Below, piece by piece: positions 41,890 through 53,289 of a DNA stretch of 64,000 nucleotides (position 1 is its first letter; every line of letters starts with the position of its first letter). The position numbers were made by a program, and so were the translations under genes. The stretch is from an uncultured Methanoregulaceae archaeon (GTDB lineage: Archaea > Halobacteriota > Methanomicrobia > Methanomicrobiales > Methanospirillaceae), in assembly GCA_963701095.1 (NCBI GenBank), contig OY969564.1, positions 2,048,001 to 2,112,000 on the forward strand. The letters are read 5' to 3'. The notes below the pieces were generated by a model. It was not told the DNA's origin. It saw only the letters and a list, made by a program, of their open reading frames with translations, and did not search any database.

Positions 41890-44800
41890 AGTACGGGCAA
41901 AAAATCTTCTTGAAACGGTTTTTAATTCAAAATTTACTCACAAAAATTTTGAGGATTTTATTGTCAATCTGCTAAATAGTGTAAAAATCAACCAAATTAA
42001 TTACAATTCCTTTATTGTTGGAAATACCGATTTTGAAAACTTTATTCAGGTTCTGGATTATTTTGGCACTTATAAAGATCCCTCGGGAAAAACAGCCGAT
42101 ATTCTTGCAGTAAAACTGACCCGGGATAATTCAAAGATTCGTGCCCGGGTAAAGCAAAGGAATATCATCGCAAACTGGCTGAAAAAATCAAATCATAATT
42201 GTGCTCTCGTAGCTTTTTATGACGATACCGAAGACTGGCGTTTTTCCTTTGTTGAACTTGAACTAAAGACCGGACGAGACGAAGAAGGAAATGTAAAAGA
42301 TTTCCAGATTTTAAGTCCTGCCCGGCGATTATCATTCCTTGTTGGGAAGAATGAGCCGAACCACACTTGTAAAAAATACCTACTCCCTCTTCTTGCCAAT
42401 GATACGACACTACCAGATCTGGATACCATCAGATCTGCATTCAGCATTGAGAGTGTCAGCAAAGAATTCTTTGAGAAATATAAGGAACTATACGACGCAC
42501 TTGTGAAATCACTTAAAGAAGTAATTGCTCAGGATCAGGAAATCAAAGAGGAATTCAAAAACAAAAATGTCGATGTAAGCGAATTTGCCAAGAAACTCCT
42601 GGGTCAGATTGTTTTCATTTATTTTCTTCAGAAGAAAGGTTGGCTTGGCGTTCCGCGAAAGGGAAAATGGGGTGAAGGGCGAAAGGACTTTTTACGTGCT
42701 GTCTTCGATGGCGAATTTGGGAAATATGATAATTTTTTCAATGATGTTCTTGAGCCATTATTCTACAATGCTTTTGCCAACAGCGAACGAGATAACGCAT
42801 ATTATGACAAATTTGATTGCAGGATCCCGTTCCTGAATGGTGGCCTGTTTGAACCCGTCGGGGGATATGACTGGGTAAATACCGATATCGATCTTGATAA
42901 TGATATATTCAAAAAAATCTTCGATACCTTTGACGAGTTTAATTTTACCATTAAGGAAGATGAACCCCTTGAAAAAGAGGTGGCTGTCGACCCGGAAATG
43001 CTTGGAAAAATCTTCGAGAACCTACTGGAAGACAATCTGCGGAAGGGGTATGGCGCCTTTTACACCCCACGTGAGATCGTTCATTATATGTGCCAGGAGA
43101 CTCTGGTGAATTATCTTGCTGATAATTCCACCTTGAAACGTGAGGTAATCGATGCACTTATCCGAAAAGGGAACTCGGTTCTTGAAATTAAAGATTATAT
43201 GTTCCCATTAGGGAAACATGCAAAGACACTCGACAAACTCTTGAAAGAAATTCGTATTGTTGACCCGGCCGTAGGAAGCGGAGCGTTCCCTGTCGGATTA
43301 CTATCCGAAATTGTAAATGCACGAATGATTCTTGGTGAATTTGCAAACAACCAGAACCTTTCACCTTACGACCTTAAACGCGAAACAATCGAAAATTGCC
43401 TATATGGCGTGGACATTGATGCCGGAGCTGTTGATATTGCAAAATTGCGATTCTGGCTTGCTCTTGTTATCGATGAAGATAACGAGGACGAAATTGAACC
43501 TCTACCGAATCTCGAACAAAAAATCATGTGTGGTGATTCCCTGCTTGAGAGTTTTAAGGGTATTCATTTGTTCGATGAAGAAATATTCGAAAAATCAAAC
43601 CAGATAAAATTCCAAATTGATGAAATTGATAATCAAATTGCGATTCTCAACGAAGAAATAGATGCAACTGTATTTGGAAAGACCAGCGTTGACATTGTTC
43701 AGAAGATTGAAAAACTGAAAAAAGAAAAAACAAAATTGCTTGAACAAAAATCAAAAGAGGACCAAGTGACTGTCCTTGAAGGTAGTAAATTCGGTGGTTC
43801 TGGGGCACGGTTACGCTTGAAGGAACTAAGAAAGTCTCCAGAGTGAATTCTTTGATGAGACTATTAAATCCAAAAAAGAAAAACTTCGTAAAGAAATTGA
43901 TCACCTCGAATGGAAATTTATTGAAGATGCTTTGAAAGCAGACGGGCAGAATGACACCGCCGCTGAGACTGTTAAAGAACTCAAGAAAAAAAGAAGTAAG
44001 CCATTCTTTTTATGGAAGTTATACTTCAGTGAAGTATTTGCGGAGAAAGGCAGTTTTGATATTGTAATTGGTAATCCACCTTACGTCCAGATTCAAGGTA
44101 TGCAGGAGGAGTATAAACTTGCTCTTGAAAATGAGAATTATACAACTTTTGCCAGAACTGGCGATCTGTATTGTCTCTTTTACGAACGAGGGTATAAGCT
44201 TTCAAAAGGAGGGGGGCAGACTGCACTCATCACTTCGAATAGTTGGATGAGAGCTGCATATGGAGAAAAATTACGTAAATTTTTAAAAATTAATACAAAA
44301 CCAGAAATTTTGATTGATTTTTCCGATAATCAAATGTTCGAATCTGCGATAGTAAATACAAATGTATTAGTTTTCAGTAAATCTCCACAAAACTGCGATT
44401 ATTCCTTTTATTATACAATTGCTGAAGGGGATTTAAGAGGAAAAGATCTATCCGGATATATAAGCCACCATCGCAAAGAAATTGAGCTTAGTGAGTTAGA
44501 AGAATCGGGATGGACACTTGCGAGTAATAAAGTGCTTGATTTTAAGCGAAAGATTGAGAGCATAGGGACTCCATTAAAAGAATGGGATATCTGTGTCAAT
44601 AGAGGAGTTACAACTGGATTAGTTGATGCATTTATTATTGATGAGGATACTAAAAAAGAGTTGATAAGAAAGGATCCAAAAAGTTCTGATATTATTAAAC
44701 CTCTCATCCGTGGGAGAGATGTTCAGAAATATCGTAATAATTGGGAAAATTTATATTTAATCTGTACTTTTCCTTCATTAAAAATTGATATCGACACTTA

Positions 44801-45365
44801 TCCAGCAATAAAAGATTATTTGAAATCGTTTGGTAAAAAAATCGAACAAACCGGTGAAGAATTTTTGGATAATGAGGGAAAAAAGAGAAAAAGTCGAAAA
44901 AAAACATCTCACAAATGGTTTGAGGTTCAAGACAGTACATCCTATTGGAAAGAGTTTCAGAAAGAGAAATTATTCTGGATTGATTTGGTCGATAACGGTC
45001 GTTTTTCATACGATTCAGATGAGATGTTCGCTGAAAATACTGCATATATAATGACTGGAGAATCGATAAAATATCTTGTCGCGATACTAAATTCAAAATT
45101 GATAAATTACTACTTCAGCTTAATTTGTGCCACATCGGGTATGGGAACAAATAGATGGATAAAAATTTATGTCATGGAATTACCTATTCCCAAAATCACC
45201 GATATGGCACAACAACCGTTCGTAAAATTGGTTGATATCATTTTACGGAAGAAAGGGGGTGGCGAAAACACTAAAATGGATGAGGATGAACTCGACAGGC
45301 TTGTCTATAAATTATATGGTTTGAATAATGATGAAATTGCAATTGTAGAGGAATATAACAATTAA
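41882..45365 (+). CDS. Eco57I/type IIG-like adenine methyltransferase with TRD (frameshift near 43830)
   Basis: PFLNGGLF, FYTPRE, DPAVGSGAF, GNPPY, TaqI-C-like end. Confidence 0.88.
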
Positions 45366-45421
45366 TTCAAATTTTTTGCGGTATCGTTCATCATCTCCCT
45401 GAATCCATTATCTCTTCAGAA

Positions 45422-45460
45422 TGCCCCTATATAATCACCCAATCCTGAATACCTGATATC
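45422..45460 (+). promoter_or_regulatory. putative viral late promoter, copy 1
   Basis: TGCCCCTATATAAT, 25 nt before the ATG at 45461. Confidence 0.5.
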
Positions 45461-45841
45461 ATGTCAGGAAGCGCTATCATCGAGGATCAATTAGGAAATC
45501 CATTAGGGAACATTGGCGAGATAAGCGTCATCAATGGATCGCTGTCTGGTTCAACGGTGCCATTGCTCGTTGCAGGAGATTATGGTTCATCTGTACAACC
45601 ATTCCTTCGGAAGTATCCCCAGCTGGCATTCCAGTTTTCATCGTCCGTTTCCGGAGGCCAGTTATCCGTCGTTTTTACCAACGGTGCAACGCAAAGAATC
45701 TTCCTGCTGGGTGCGACCTATGCAACCGCAGGCGTCCTTCAATCAGGAACCGTTATTGTGCCTGTAGGATTTACAGTTAACTTCTACTATTCAGGTATTA
45801 CCGGCAACTATGATCTAACGGTTCGTGAGATCGGGCCGTGA
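45461..45841 (+). CDS. viral hypothetical (possible virion) protein
   Basis: G/S/T/V-rich, preceded by the late-promoter motif. Confidence 0.6.
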   Translation: MSGSAIIEDQLGNPLGNIGEISVINGSLSGSTVPLLVAGDYGSSVQPFLRKYPQLAFQFSSSVSGGQLSVVFTNGATQRIFLLGATYATAGVLQSGTVIVPVGFTVNFYYSGITGNYDLTVREIGP

Positions 45842-45926
45842 TAACTCCCACGACCAAAGCCATGAGTTTTTGCTGATTTAATTATAAAAGAAACTGATAA
45901 ATTCTCATTTTCAAAAGGTATTTGTT

Positions 45927-46454
45927 ATGAGACAACTCGGCTCACTTGAATCCGCATCTAATGATGTTCTGAAGGATGCGCGAAATCTTTTGACGAGTCT
46001 GCGCAATCATACGATGCACGAACCTGCTACAGTAGCCGAAGCCATAAAAAATCTTAAGCATATTCGGCAAGACACTGCAGAACTCTTAAACCAAATACAA
46101 CATGAGTATTCAATTATTCAAGCCGCAAAATGGCTTCAAGTCAATAATCCTGCGCTAATAGATGCGTCATGGAAATGGAATCCTAGACAGACGGGCGGTT
46201 CCAATGAGCCTGATCTTGCAGTTTATCGTCAAAACAATATTATTATCTCGGCAGAAATTACAACATCGGCAATTCCGCAGGGTGAAATCGATAAACGGAT
46301 GCGGGACACTTTGGAGAAACTTAGCAGAATGCAAGGAGAAAAATTTTATTTTGTGCTCACAGAAAAAATGAGACAACGAGCTCAAACAAAAATTACAAAA
46401 AATGGATGGAATATTCATATTGTTTTAATAAAGGGCGAGAATCAATCTTTATAA
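45927..46454 (+). CDS. PD-(D/E)xK-like cargo protein
   Basis: EPDLAV...AEITTS pattern; AT-rich. Confidence 0.5.
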   Translation: MRQLGSLESASNDVLKDARNLLTSLRNHTMHEPATVAEAIKNLKHIRQDTAELLNQIQHEYSIIQAAKWLQVNNPALIDASWKWNPRQTGGSNEPDLAVYRQNNIIISAEITTSAIPQGEIDKRMRDTLEKLSRMQGEKFYFVLTEKMRQRAQTKITKNGWNIHIVLIKGENQSL

Positions 46455-46608
46455 ATCCAAAGGATCTGAAAAAGATCATTTCGATGAGTATCAAATTCTA
46501 TTATGTCAATTTCCGATCAAAATGATCGGAATTTTAGCCAGTTATGCCGGAATCATCCCATCGATTCCCTGACGCGACGCAATTCAACTTTTTTCAGAGG
46601 CATCGAGA

Positions 46609-46647
46609 TGCCCCTATATTATGAATTGCCTCCAGACTCGGTAATCA
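46609..46647 (+). promoter_or_regulatory. putative viral late promoter, copy 2
   Basis: TGCCCCTATATTATGAATTGCCTCCAGACTCGGTAATCA-ATG. Confidence 0.6.
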
Positions 46648-47830
46648 ATGCCTCGCACTGCAGGACCAGGTCACCAGATACGTAAGGGCGGAAAACAGCT
46701 TTTTGCTTTTGACCTCAAGGTTCTCGACGATTCCACGCGGAAAGTGTGTGGCATCGCTACCGGGCCGGATCTAGATCGGGAAAACGAGATGATCCTGAAA
46801 AAGGCCATCGAAAAGGCATTGCCGGATTTCATGATGCTCCCGATCATGCATCTTGACCACACGGAACGTCCGGTCGGATGGTTCACCAAGGCAGAATTTC
46901 ATGGCAACGATCTCTATGTCGAAGCCTGTGTCAAACCGACAGCAGACTGTGATGAGTTCTGGCAGGATGTCAGGAAAGCATCTGCCGACGGCAAACCGTT
47001 CCAGTTCTCCATTTTTGGTGATCGGGTAGCATGCACACCGTCATGTGCACTCCACCCGGATGATCCGAAACGGCATGCTGAACCCTGCATCACCAAAGCA
47101 CTGAAACTTTATTCTATCTCGATCTGCCAACCTGGCACCGCAATCAATCCCAACACGTTTGCGGAGGTCATGAAGGCCATGAACTCAGGTTCAGCAATGA
47201 TCCATCCGACAACGGACGGCACATATCCCAAAAAGGACGGTATTATGGAAAAAACCGACGATGAAAACGAGAAATCACCCGGTGAGCATCAGACCCCGAT
47301 AAAGGATGCAAGCGACGGTCCTGACCGTGACAATCAGGGATCAGAAGAACAACCCAGCGAGAATGGCGCTATGCAGCCGGTGATCGATCTGCTCACCCAA
47401 GTCGTAGAGAGAATACAATCCCTGGAAAGTTCGCTCGGCCTGTATAAATCGGAAACGAAACCCGGAAACGAAGATGAAGAAAAACCCGGTGAGACCCCTG
47501 ACGATAAGGATAATGACACCGATGATAAGGAGCAGGTCAGGAAATGCCCCTTACCACCGGCACAGAAGGCAGCGACCGTGACAGACACCACCATCACCAA
47601 AGCCGTTCTCGGCAGGATTGAAAAAGCTGAAGGCAGGATGACCGAGATCGAGATGAGACTCGACCGGATTGAAAAGAGTACCGCAAAGGGACCCGATGTG
47701 ATCCTCGTCGATCCGGTCATGAATAAGGCAATGGAACAGACCGCCGATAAAGACGGGATGAATCCGATTGTGAAATCAGCCGGGGCCGAACAGACTCAGC
47801 AATTTCGAGAAACTTTTCCACGGACGGTAA
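46648..47830 (+). CDS. prohead protease plus scaffold region
   Basis: GIAT..DLDRENE, MHLDH..RPVG, FSIFG, SISIC...AINP; acidic coiled-coil tail. Confidence 0.82.
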
Positions 47831-47835
47831 TGCAA

Positions 47836-49149
47836 ATGTCAGCAATAGTGAAATCTACAGGGTTCGGCTCCCTTCCGGGGTTGAACATCGGTGTGCGTGA
47901 AGCACGCTCCCGGGCACGCCAGTATTGGGGGCCCGGCGTTGAGGAAGGCGATGTGATCTATGATGTGCAGGCAATCCAGAAGGCCGCCCAAGCGGGCATG
48001 ATCGAAGCAATCGAGCAGGACCCGCGTGCAGCCATCATGATCCCGCTGGTCGAGCTGGTCTCCCCGTCCCAGGTACGGAAAGCCGTATTCGATAACACCT
48101 ACGGTATGGAGGGGTTCAAGAAAGATCTCAAGAAAGCCCAGCAGGACTTCATCAGTGAGATCGATGCCCAGCTCAGGACATCCACGATGAAGAAAGCAAC
48201 CAGCACCGCCAGCGTCCCGAACCTGATGCACAACTACTCCGATGAGGAAGTTGTCATGCTGTTCAAGAAGATCTACCCGGCGCAGGCTTTGATCCCGGTC
48301 GAGGCAAATCACGGTAAAGTAGCCCAGTGGGATGCTATCACGGAAACCGGTGCCGGTACCGCATTCTTCGGCGGCGAAGATCCCAATACGCCGGAATCCG
48401 ATATGACGGACGCGATCCGCACGGCGACCACGAAGATCATGTATACCTTCTTCCGTATCACGAAGATGGCAAAAGTCGCAGGCCAGACCCAGTACCCGGC
48501 CCGTGACCTCGTATCAATCCGCACACTTGCGGCAAACGAGATGATCCGGAACCTGCGTGAACGGTCGATCATCGGCGTAACCCGTGACGTGACCAATACC
48601 GATCCACAGTATGCCAGTGCCCAGGCACTTGAATACGACGGTCTCCAGGCACTTATCACCAACAACACCACCGCACCGCTCTACCAGACCTATGCCGGCG
48701 GCACAGCAACCCTCGACAAGATCAAACCGTTCCTGGACGAGACGATCCGGCTCATGGTCCGGCACGGCAGATATCCCAACCTCGCACTCTGTGACTGGAA
48801 GACCTTTGGTATCATCGGGCGCGGTCTCAATGAATTCTGGAGAACGGAACAGGTCAAGGCGACCGAGTTCGGTTTCGGTAAGGTGGATATTATCACGCCG
48901 ATAGGTCAGATCCCACTCGTCCCGATCACCTTTATGCCGACGAGTACCGGCAACAACGGCAGTATCATGGTTCTTGATACATCGGTTCTCGCCCGGCGTG
49001 TGCTCTGGGGTGACACCTATGAGGAACTTGCCAACCTGAACACTTCGCAGAGAGGCGTCATCTCGGCCGCTGAAGTGCTCATCGACAAATCGGACAGCAA
49101 TGGGACCAACAGCCTCCAGGGAGGCGTATGGGGAATCACCATACCGTGA
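47836..49149 (+). CDS. major capsid protein (HK97 fold)
   Basis: position after the protease; EMIRNLRERSIIG, YDGL; in frame with the protease as assembled. Confidence 0.8.
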   Translation: MSAIVKSTGFGSLPGLNIGVREARSRARQYWGPGVEEGDVIYDVQAIQKAAQAGMIEAIEQDPRAAIMIPLVELVSPSQVRKAVFDNTYGMEGFKKDLKKAQQDFISEIDAQLRTSTMKKATSTASVPNLMHNYSDEEVVMLFKKIYPAQALIPVEANHGKVAQWDAITETGAGTAFFGGEDPNTPESDMTDAIRTATTKIMYTFFRITKMAKVAGQTQYPARDLVSIRTLAANEMIRNLRERSIIGVTRDVTNTDPQYASAQALEYDGLQALITNNTTAPLYQTYAGGTATLDKIKPFLDETIRLMVRHGRYPNLALCDWKTFGIIGRGLNEFWRTEQVKATEFGFGKVDIITPIGQIPLVPITFMPTSTGNNGSIMVLDTSVLARRVLWGDTYEELANLNTSQRGVISAAEVLIDKSDSNGTNSLQGGVWGITIP

Positions 49150-49158
49150 GGTGGAATT

Positions 49159-49698
49159 ATGTCAGCAAGTCAGATCTCTAAGCTTTTTAACCTGCAGTAC
49201 GTGATGCCGATTGCAATCAAGGTCATGAAGGCCGCACAGAACGATTGGGTCAATATCGGGAAACCGGGTATGATCGTAAAGGGTATTCTCAGCGCAGACC
49301 TTGATACCTTCAGCCTGGGAACCAGCGTTCAGGAACCCAATACCTACGGCCCCGGACTCATCAATAACGCCGGTAACCCGTATGGCGCGACCGATACCGT
49401 GATCGCCGTCAATGGTATGCTCGCTGATGGTGTGTATCCCCGCATCACCCCGTATCTCATCGCGACCAGCAGCGGCGAGATCCTTGAAGTGACGCAGGAT
49501 TCGGCACCACTGGCTGTAGCGGCAAACCTGACCGTCAAACGCGGCCGGTATGGAACGACGGCTACCGGTACCGGTCTCGCAAACGGGAACCGCATTTCGA
49601 TCCTGAACCAGATTGTCCTTTCATCTACCTCAGTCGGGATGGTCACCGGGATTGTGCAGCCCATTGGTGATGACAGCGGTATCAATGCATTTGTGTGA
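49159..49698 (+). CDS. virion structural protein
   Basis: GAGGTG RBS; GEILEVT...LTVKRGRYGTTA. Confidence 0.65.
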   Translation: MSASQISKLFNLQYVMPIAIKVMKAAQNDWVNIGKPGMIVKGILSADLDTFSLGTSVQEPNTYGPGLINNAGNPYGATDTVIAVNGMLADGVYPRITPYLIATSSGEILEVTQDSAPLAVAANLTVKRGRYGTTATGTGLANGNRISILNQIVLSSTSVGMVTGIVQPIGDDSGINAFV

Positions 49699-49711
49699 GG
49701 TGGCCTGAACC

Positions 49712-50472
49712 ATGACCACCATTTCACCGTTGCACAACTGCCAGGGCGTCAAGGCAATGGCGAGCGGGTCCCAGATTGGCGGCACGACCATTACCACCGG
49801 CTCCGGTTCCCGGCCGGAGTTGTGGTAGCGGTCACTATCGGCGACCTGTATATCGACCAGGCCAACGGCATCCTCTATCAGGCTACCGCTACTGGAACAG
49901 CCAACTGGATTGCCCTGTCTTCACTGTCATCTATTCCCTCCGGGACCACGATTGGCGGCACCGGGTTCAATACCGGAAGCGGTACGCCAAAAGGCGTTGT
50001 CACGCCTGCCCGTATCGACGACCTGTATTTTGATTACACCAATGGCGTACTCTGGATGGCGAGCGGTACGACCAATATGAGCTGGTCAGTCGTTGCAACG
50101 AGTACACCTGACCTCCAGACATATGCAGGAAACATTACCCTTGCACAGATCCAGGCCGGTGTCGTCCTGGTTCCTAATATGGCCGGGTATACCATCACAC
50201 CTATCCGGTACAAGATCATCGTCAAGGGAACTGCTGGAGGTTCTGGGAACCTTGTCCTTCAGGACACAAACGCCACCCCGGTTGTGATTACAACTATCGC
50301 CGAGGCTTCACTTGCCGGGATCCTCACTTCGGAAGTAGCGGCCACGGGTAAAACAGATGGTGCCGGTATGTGTGCTCCATTGACTACCGGAAAGGGCATC
50401 CAGATCCCGGCCACTGCCACGCTTACGACCCTTACCGGTATCTTCGTAGTGATCGATTACCAGCTCAATTAA
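49712..50472 (+). CDS. virion structural protein with two ~50-aa repeats (frameshift near 49810)
   Basis: IGGT...TGSG.P.GVV...I.DLY.D..NG.L occurs twice. Confidence 0.65.
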
Positions 50473-50483
50473 ACGAGGTTCCC

Positions 50484-51203
50484 GTGACCTACCTTACCCA
50501 GAGTGATGTAGAATCCACCGGCGGAGGATACTGCTATTCAGATTTCAGGCAGTCCGGCAGCGTTATGACTGCCGCCCAGTGGCAGCTCTATTGCGGGGAA
50601 CTTATCGCTGCGATAGACTCTGCCATTAACCACTACTGCCGTGTTCCTTCGTTCGAGATCAACACCTACACCGAGCTGTATGATGGGCGGGGGCCTACGG
50701 GAGATCGGGGAGAATACCTGCCGAGAGACAGGTTGTTCCTCCTTCGGCAACAGCCGGTAGTCTCATTAGTCAGTGTTTCAGAAAACATCAACGATCCCTC
50801 CGATCCGATTGCATGGACTCCTCGGGTACTCCGTACTACGACTTCTCCGACCGGGGGAGCAGATTTTGAACTCCTGGTACGGGGAACGTCCCTGTCGTAT
50901 ATCTTTTTCTGGAACAATATCCCGGCAAAAGGCCGGAATAATGTGCAAATAGTCTATACGGCCGGGTATGCTGTGGGTTCCGAACTTTTGAACGATATCC
51001 AGTTTATCGCCATGCAGATCGCGGATAACCTGCTCGGACGGAAGAAGAGATACCAGGAAGCAAATGCTGCCCGCCAGTCATCAACCAAAGATTCCACCGA
51101 TATGTTCAGGATGGACGCGAACGGCGCGATCTTTACTGAAGATATCCGGTTGCAGCTCGACAAGTACCGGCGGCAGCGTACCGGAGGTTCAGCATGGCGG
51201 TAG
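50484..51203 (+). CDS. head-tail adaptor
   Basis: AINHYC, ELYDG, QPVVSLVSV, VQIVYTAGY. Confidence 0.75.
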   Translation: MTYLTQSDVESTGGGYCYSDFRQSGSVMTAAQWQLYCGELIAAIDSAINHYCRVPSFEINTYTELYDGRGPTGDRGEYLPRDRLFLLRQQPVVSLVSVSENINDPSDPIAWTPRVLRTTTSPTGGADFELLVRGTSLSYIFFWNNIPAKGRNNVQIVYTAGYAVGSELLNDIQFIAMQIADNLLGRKKRYQEANAARQSSTKDSTDMFRMDANGAIFTEDIRLQLDKYRRQRTGGSAWR

Positions 51204-51469
51204 AGGGCGAAATCCTGACGTTTACCCGTATCGATCTCGAAAATCTCCGGGAAATGATGACGACGGTAAAAACGCTCTATGAAAAGCTCGATACGCTGGG
51301 AAAAGGCATTGCTGCATGTCAGGCAAACTGTAAAGAACATCGTGACAAGGTTGATGGCCGGGTCAAAACGCTGGAAACCCAACAGAATCGCTGGATAGGA
51401 CGCGATGGTGTCATTCTCATCATCGTGCCTTTGATAATCTCGCTCATAGGTTGGTGGGTGTTCCGCTGA
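51194..51469 (+). CDS. small coiled-coil protein with C-terminal TM helix
   Basis: RVKTLE followed by a hydrophobic tail. Confidence 0.6.
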   Translation: MAVEGEILTFTRIDLENLREMMTTVKTLYEKLDTLGKGIAACQANCKEHRDKVDGRVKTLETQQNRWIGRDGVILIIVPLIISLIGWWVFR

Positions 51470-51915
51470 TGGATGACCGGCGTATCATCAGGGATATCGT
51501 GACCGGAGAGGTCGATATTGACGTTCTCCAGGACAGGATCCTCAAAGTATTTACTGACGAGATCAACGCCGCGATGGTGAAAGATACTCCGGGTGATATG
51601 AAATGGAGCGAACGACTCATCGGCAGGCACCAGGTCGAATTCTCAAATAACGCCAGGTATCTCCCCTTCCTTATCTCCGGTACTGGCCTCTACGGTCCCA
51701 GGCACCAGATGATCTGCGCCAAAGGCATGAGCGGACGAAACCCCGGGCACGTCCATGTCATGGCATGGAAACCACGTGGCGGCGGCGATATGATATTCAG
51801 GAGATGCTCTCGCGGGATTCGCCCACGTCCTTTCACCTGTATCGAGACCGGGGTCGCGGATGCAATCTCGGCATTAACCTCATTGTTCGCGGAGGCTGAT
51901 CGTGTCATCAGCTGA
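51469..51915 (+). CDS. HK97 gp10-like tail completion protein
   Basis: TPG, YLPFLISGTG, GIRPRPF. Confidence 0.65.
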   Translation: MDDRRIIRDIVTGEVDIDVLQDRILKVFTDEINAAMVKDTPGDMKWSERLIGRHQVEFSNNARYLPFLISGTGLYGPRHQMICAKGMSGRNPGHVHVMAWKPRGGGDMIFRRCSRGIRPRPFTCIETGVADAISALTSLFAEADRVIS

Positions 51916-52351
51916 CGCCATTAACGGTATTGTCGATGCGATTATCTCCCGCATCACGTCGAATTTTACCTCGTTGGGGATCACGACGATAACCGAGACC
52001 GATCAGGAGCCGCAGTATATCAATCCCGGAACGGCCTACATCATTCCTTTCGTTGAGGGAAAGGACATGATCAAGATTTTCAACGGTGGCGAACAGCACA
52101 ATTACCCGATCAATCTCATCGGATTCTACAAGTATGCTGATATCCCAACGGGTCTGCGTCCGGTTCGTTCGTACGGGCTGACCGCACTCGACCTGTTCAC
52201 CCGGAAAAATGCGACCCTCACCCACACCGTAAACAGCACAACCTATGGCTCGGAAGTCGTCGGGGCGACGCTCGAAGTCGGATACTGGCGGGTTGGAGAT
52301 TACATCATGCATATGTGGACCTTGCAGCTGCAAATGCAACAGATTATGTGA
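51902..52351 (+). CDS. tail terminator-like protein
   Basis: size and position before the tail tube gene. Confidence 0.55.
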   Translation: MSSADAINGIVDAIISRITSNFTSLGITTITETDQEPQYINPGTAYIIPFVEGKDMIKIFNGGEQHNYPINLIGFYKYADIPTGLRPVRSYGLTALDLFTRKNATLTHTVNSTTYGSEVVGATLEVGYWRVGDYIMHMWTLQLQMQQIM

Positions 52352-52368
52352 AAAATTGAGGTAAAACA

Positions 52369-52824
52369 ATGACTTCACCACTTATGGATACCTTTTTCGG
52401 GAATCGCGGAATGATCAGTATCGGATCGGCTTCTCCCTGTGCCGTCTTCAAGGGCATTGAGATTACGCCCAAGAGCGACGTCGTGAAGCTGTATGGCGGC
52501 GGATCAATTCTCTGGGCAGATGTTGCCCGGCATAGTTTCTCGGTCACTGTCAAAATCAAGACCGCGAAGTTCGATGTTGGTCTCAGCACATCATTCATGT
52601 ACCAGATTATCAATCCGGGCACTGGCGGCGGGACGGTTGGTGATACCAATGCTGTTCAATTCTTCACCGTTGTAGCCGTGGCTACCGGTTCTAATGGTAC
52701 TATTGTCCGGCAGACCGTTACCAACGTGTATTTCGAAAGCATACCTGGTGGTCTCCCGGAAAACGATTGGTGGACTCCTGAATTCTCCGGTGAGGGACAG
52801 ACCATCGTCTATGCAAATTCGTGA
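52369..52824 (+). CDS. major tail tube protein
   Basis: GAGGT RBS, beta-rich 151 aa, precedes the chaperone. Confidence 0.7.
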   Translation: MTSPLMDTFFGNRGMISIGSASPCAVFKGIEITPKSDVVKLYGGGSILWADVARHSFSVTVKIKTAKFDVGLSTSFMYQIINPGTGGGTVGDTNAVQFFTVVAVATGSNGTIVRQTVTNVYFESIPGGLPENDWWTPEFSGEGQTIVYANS

Positions 52825-52833
52825 GGTAATTCG

Positions 52834-53289
52834 ATGGATGTAACCGCTGAACTGGCCAAGAAGGATGAGCTCGACCGACAAACAGAACTCAAAAACAGTG
52901 CAATGGAAGACCTGATCCGTTCTTCCGGTGAAAAATGTATCACCATTGAGCATAACGGCAAGGAGATTAAAATCCGGCCTGCATTCCCGCGCAAAGTCCG
53001 GAAACTGGTAACCGGTTTGGCGTCGAAGTACAAAGATATTGATCTCGATGCAATCAAAGCCGGATCCCCGGCAAAATCTGATATTGAACAGATGCCGGGG
53101 TTTTCTGACGACAGTGACGAAACCCTGTACGAAATCTTGGCTGTGGTGTGTCTGGCGCCTTACAACGAAGCTGCTGCGTGGCGATATTTTGATGAGAACA
53201 CCGGGGAAGCCGAGATTGTGTTCAAGAAAGCCCAAGCGGCAATTCAGGAGGCCCAGGCCGCTGCCGTTGCCTTTCGCAAAGAGTCCTAG
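52834..53289 (+). CDS. tail assembly chaperone (G)
   Basis: between tube and tape measure; ends GCC TTT CGC AAA GAG TCC TAG. Confidence 0.72.
   Translation: MDVTAELAKKDELDRQTELKNSAMEDLIRSSGEKCITIEHNGKEIKIRPAFPRKVRKLVTGLASKYKDIDLDAIKAGSPAKSDIEQMPGFSDDSDETLYEILAVVCLAPYNEAAAWRYFDENTGEAEIVFKKAQAAIQEAQAAAVAFRKES

Noticed and set aside
38644..45365. complete DISARM or BREX system
   Set aside because: No drmA/drmB, pglZ or brxC genes nearby
46648..49149. 833-aa protease-scaffold-capsid fusion
   Set aside because: At 47821 CGGACGGTAATGCAAATG becomes CGG AGG TAA plus a GGAGGT RBS before ATG 47836 if one C is removed. Given the indel rate, two genes are more likely, though a true fusion is not excluded.
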